NCBI RefSeq assembly: GCF_004010195.1
Contig: NW_025213910.1
Span: 1 to 37,279 of the forward strand
Origin: Chiloscyllium plagiosum
Taxonomy: Eukaryota
DNA length: 37,279 nt
Direction of reading: 5' to 3'
Both the position numbers and the translations under genes were made by a program. The first letter of the stretch is position 1. The number at the start of each line of letters is the position of its first letter. Positions 34,541 to 37,279 of this stretch are shown one piece after another. Under the pieces are notes generated by a model. The model ran no database searches. It saw nothing but the letters and a program-made list of their open reading frames with translations, and was not told the origin of the DNA.

Positions 34541-37279
34541 TCAGTACCTCGATGTGACAGTGTATTTCAGTGTGTCAGCAGGTCAGTGTGACTGTATCAG
34601 TCCCTCGATGAGATTGTGTATTGCAGTGTGTCAGCGGGTCAGTGTGACTGTATCAGTACGTCGATGTGACTGTGTATATCAGTGTGTCCGCAAGTCAGTG
34701 TGACTGTTTCAGCACGTCGATGTGACTGTGTATATCAGTGTGTCAGCGAGTCTGTGTGACTGTATCAGTACGTTGATATGACTGTGTATTTCAGTGTGTC
34801 AGCCAGTCAGTGTGACTGTATCAGCACATCGATGTGACTGTGAATTTCAGTGTGTCAGTGTGACTGTATCAGCACGTTGATGTGACTGTGTATTTCAGTG
34901 TGTCAGCGAGTCAGTGTGACTGTATCAGTACCTCGATGTGACTGTGTATATCAGTGTGTTAGTGAGTCAGTGTGACTGTATCTGTACGTTGAGGTGCCTG
35001 TGTATTTCAGTGTGTCCGCAAGTCAGTGTGACTGTTTCAGCACGTCGATGTGACTGTGTATATCAGTGTGTCAGCGAGTCAGTGTGACTGTATCAGTACG
35101 TTGATATGACTGTATTTCAGTGTGTCAGCCAGTCAGTGTAATTGTATCAGTCCGTCGATGTGACTGTGTATTGCAGTGTGTCAGCGAGTCAGTGTGACTG
35201 TATCAATACGTCGATGTGACTGTGTATATCAGTGTGTTAGTGAGTCAGTGTGACTATATCAGTACCTTGATGTGACTGTGTATTTCAGTGTGTCCGCGAG
35301 TCAGTGTGACTGTATCAGTACGTTGAGGTGCCTGTGTATTTCAGTGTGTCCGCGAGTCAGTGTGACTGTATCAATACGTCGATGTGACTGTGTATATCAG
35401 TGTGTCAGCGAGTCAGTGTGACTGTATCAGTACCTTGATGTGACTGTGTATTTCAGTGTGTTAGTGAGTCAGTGTGACTGTATCAGTACGTTGCGGTACC
35501 TGTGTATTTCAGTGTGTCCGCGAGTCAGTGTGACTGTATCAATACGTCGACGTGACTGTGTATTTCAGTGTGTCAGCGAAACATTGTGACTGTATCAGTA
35601 AGTCGATGTGACTGTGTATTTCAGTGTATCATCGAGTCAGTGTGACAGGATCAGAACCTCGATGTGACTGTGTATTTCAGTGTGTCAGTGGGTCAGTGTG
35701 ACTTTATCAGCACCTCGACGCGATTCTGTATTTCAGTGTGTCATTGTGACTTTATCAGTACCTCGATGTGACACTGTATTTCTGTTTGTCAGCGAGTCAG
35801 TGTAAATGTATCAGCCCCTCGATGAGACTGTGTATTTCAGTATGTCAGCGGGTCAGTGTGACTGTATCAGTATGTCGATGTGACAGTGTATTTCAGCGTG
35901 TCAGCGGGTCAGTGTGACTGTATCAGTACCTCGATGTGTTTGGGTATATCAGTGTGTTAGTGAGTCAGTGTAATTGTATCAGACCGTCAATGTGACTGTG
36001 TATTTCAGCGTGTCCGTGAGTCAGTGTGACTGTATCAGTATGTCGATGTGACTATGTATATCAGTGTGTCAGCGAGACAGTGTGACTATGTCAGTATGTC
36101 GATGTGACTGTATATTTCAGTGTGTCAGCGAGTCAGTGTGACAGGATCAGTAACTCGATGTGACTGTGCATTTCAGTGTGTAAGCCGGTCAGTGTGACTG
36201 TATCAGCACCTCGATGTGACTGTGTATTTCAGTGTGTAAGTGGGACATTGAGACTGTATCAATACTTCGATGTGACAGTGTATTTAAGTGTGTCAGCGGG
36301 TCAGTGTGACTGTATCAGTCCCTCGATGAGACTGTGTATTGCAGTGTGTCAGCGAGTCAGTGTGACTGTATCAGCACGTCGATGTGACTGTATATATCTG
36401 TGTGTTAGTGACTCAGTGTAATTGTATCAGTACGTCGATGTGACTGTGTATTTCAGTCTGTCCGCGAGTCAGTGTGACTGTATCAGCACGTCGATGTGAT
36501 GTGTATTTCCGTGTGTCAGCGAGTCAGTGTGACTGTATCAGTACCTCGATGTGACTGTGTATATCAGTGTGTTAGTGAGTCAGTGTAATTGTATCAGTAC
36601 GTCGATGTGACTGTGTATTTCAGTGTGTCAGCGAGACATTGTGACTGTATCAGTAAGTCGATGTGACTGTGTATTTCAGTGTGGCAGCGAGTCAGTGTGA
36701 CTTTATCAGGACCTCGATGTGACACTGTATTTATGTTTGTCAGCGGGTCAGTGTGACTGTATCAGCCCCTCGATGAGACTGTGTATTTCAGTGTGTCAGC
36801 GGGTCAGTGTGACTCTATCAGTATGTCGACGTGACTGAGTATATCAGTGTGTCAGCGAGTCAGTGTGACTGTATCAGTACCTCGATGTGACTGTGTATTT
36901 CAGTGTGTTAGTGAGTCAGTGTAATTGTATCAGTTCGTCGATGTGACTGTGTATTTCAGGGTGTCAGTGAGTCAGTGTGACTGTATCAGCACGTCGATGT
37001 GACTGTGTATATCAGTGTGTTCGCGGGTCAGTGTAATTGTATCAGTAACTCGATGTGAATGTGTATTTCAGTGTGTCAGCGAGTCAGTGTGACTGTATCA
37101 GCACGTCGATGTGACTGTGTATATCAGTGTGTTCGCGGGTCAGTGTAATTGTATCAGTACCTCGATGTGACTGTGTATTTCAGTGTGTCAGCGAGTCAGA
37201 GTGACTTTATCAGTACCTCGATGTGACACTGTATTTATGTTTGTCTGCGGGTCAGTGTGACTGTATCAGCCCCTCGATG
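34541..37279. repeat. 56-bp satellite, ~49 diverged copies, continuing past the window end
   Basis: Consensus TCAGTACCTCGATGTGACTGTGTATTTCAGTGTGTCAGCGAGTCAGTGTGACTGTA; period 34541 to 34597. Confidence 0.96.

Noticed and set aside
22879..36421. Repetitive ORFs (CSGMCRLGWIGH, RDVQVRVDWPW, CQRVSVTVS) as a repeat-protein gene
   Set aside because: They are translations of 52- and 56-bp satellites. The periods are not multiples of 3, stops recur regularly, and the longest ORFs merely span N gaps.

Overview
Eukaryotic repeat-saturated genomic DNA, very probably from a shark. The basis is tRNA-headed V-domain SINEs of the HE1 type sharing a 3' tail with CR1-clade (HER1-type) LINEs; the taxon is an inference. 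I found no intact host protein-coding gene. The left half (1-18.9 kb) is a nested pile of decayed retroelements: two L1-clade LINEs (one near full-length, minus strand), several CR1-clade LINEs, a Gypsy fragment, many HE1-like SINEs and two Penelope-derived inverted-repeat inserts, one with hammerhead-ribozyme cores. After a ~780 bp unique AT-rich island, the right half is mostly tandem repeat: a 31-bp array (~104 copies, the last ~85 identical by eye), long 52-bp arrays derived from an internal SINE segment and running outward on both sides of a decayed Gypsy gag-pol, and a 56-bp satellite reaching the window end. There are two N gaps. The most notable items are the apparent SINE-to-satellite series (1, 7, ~39 and >100 copies), the hammerhead motifs, and the hairpin-built 31-mer. 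Coordinates were read by eye and are approximate to a few bases.
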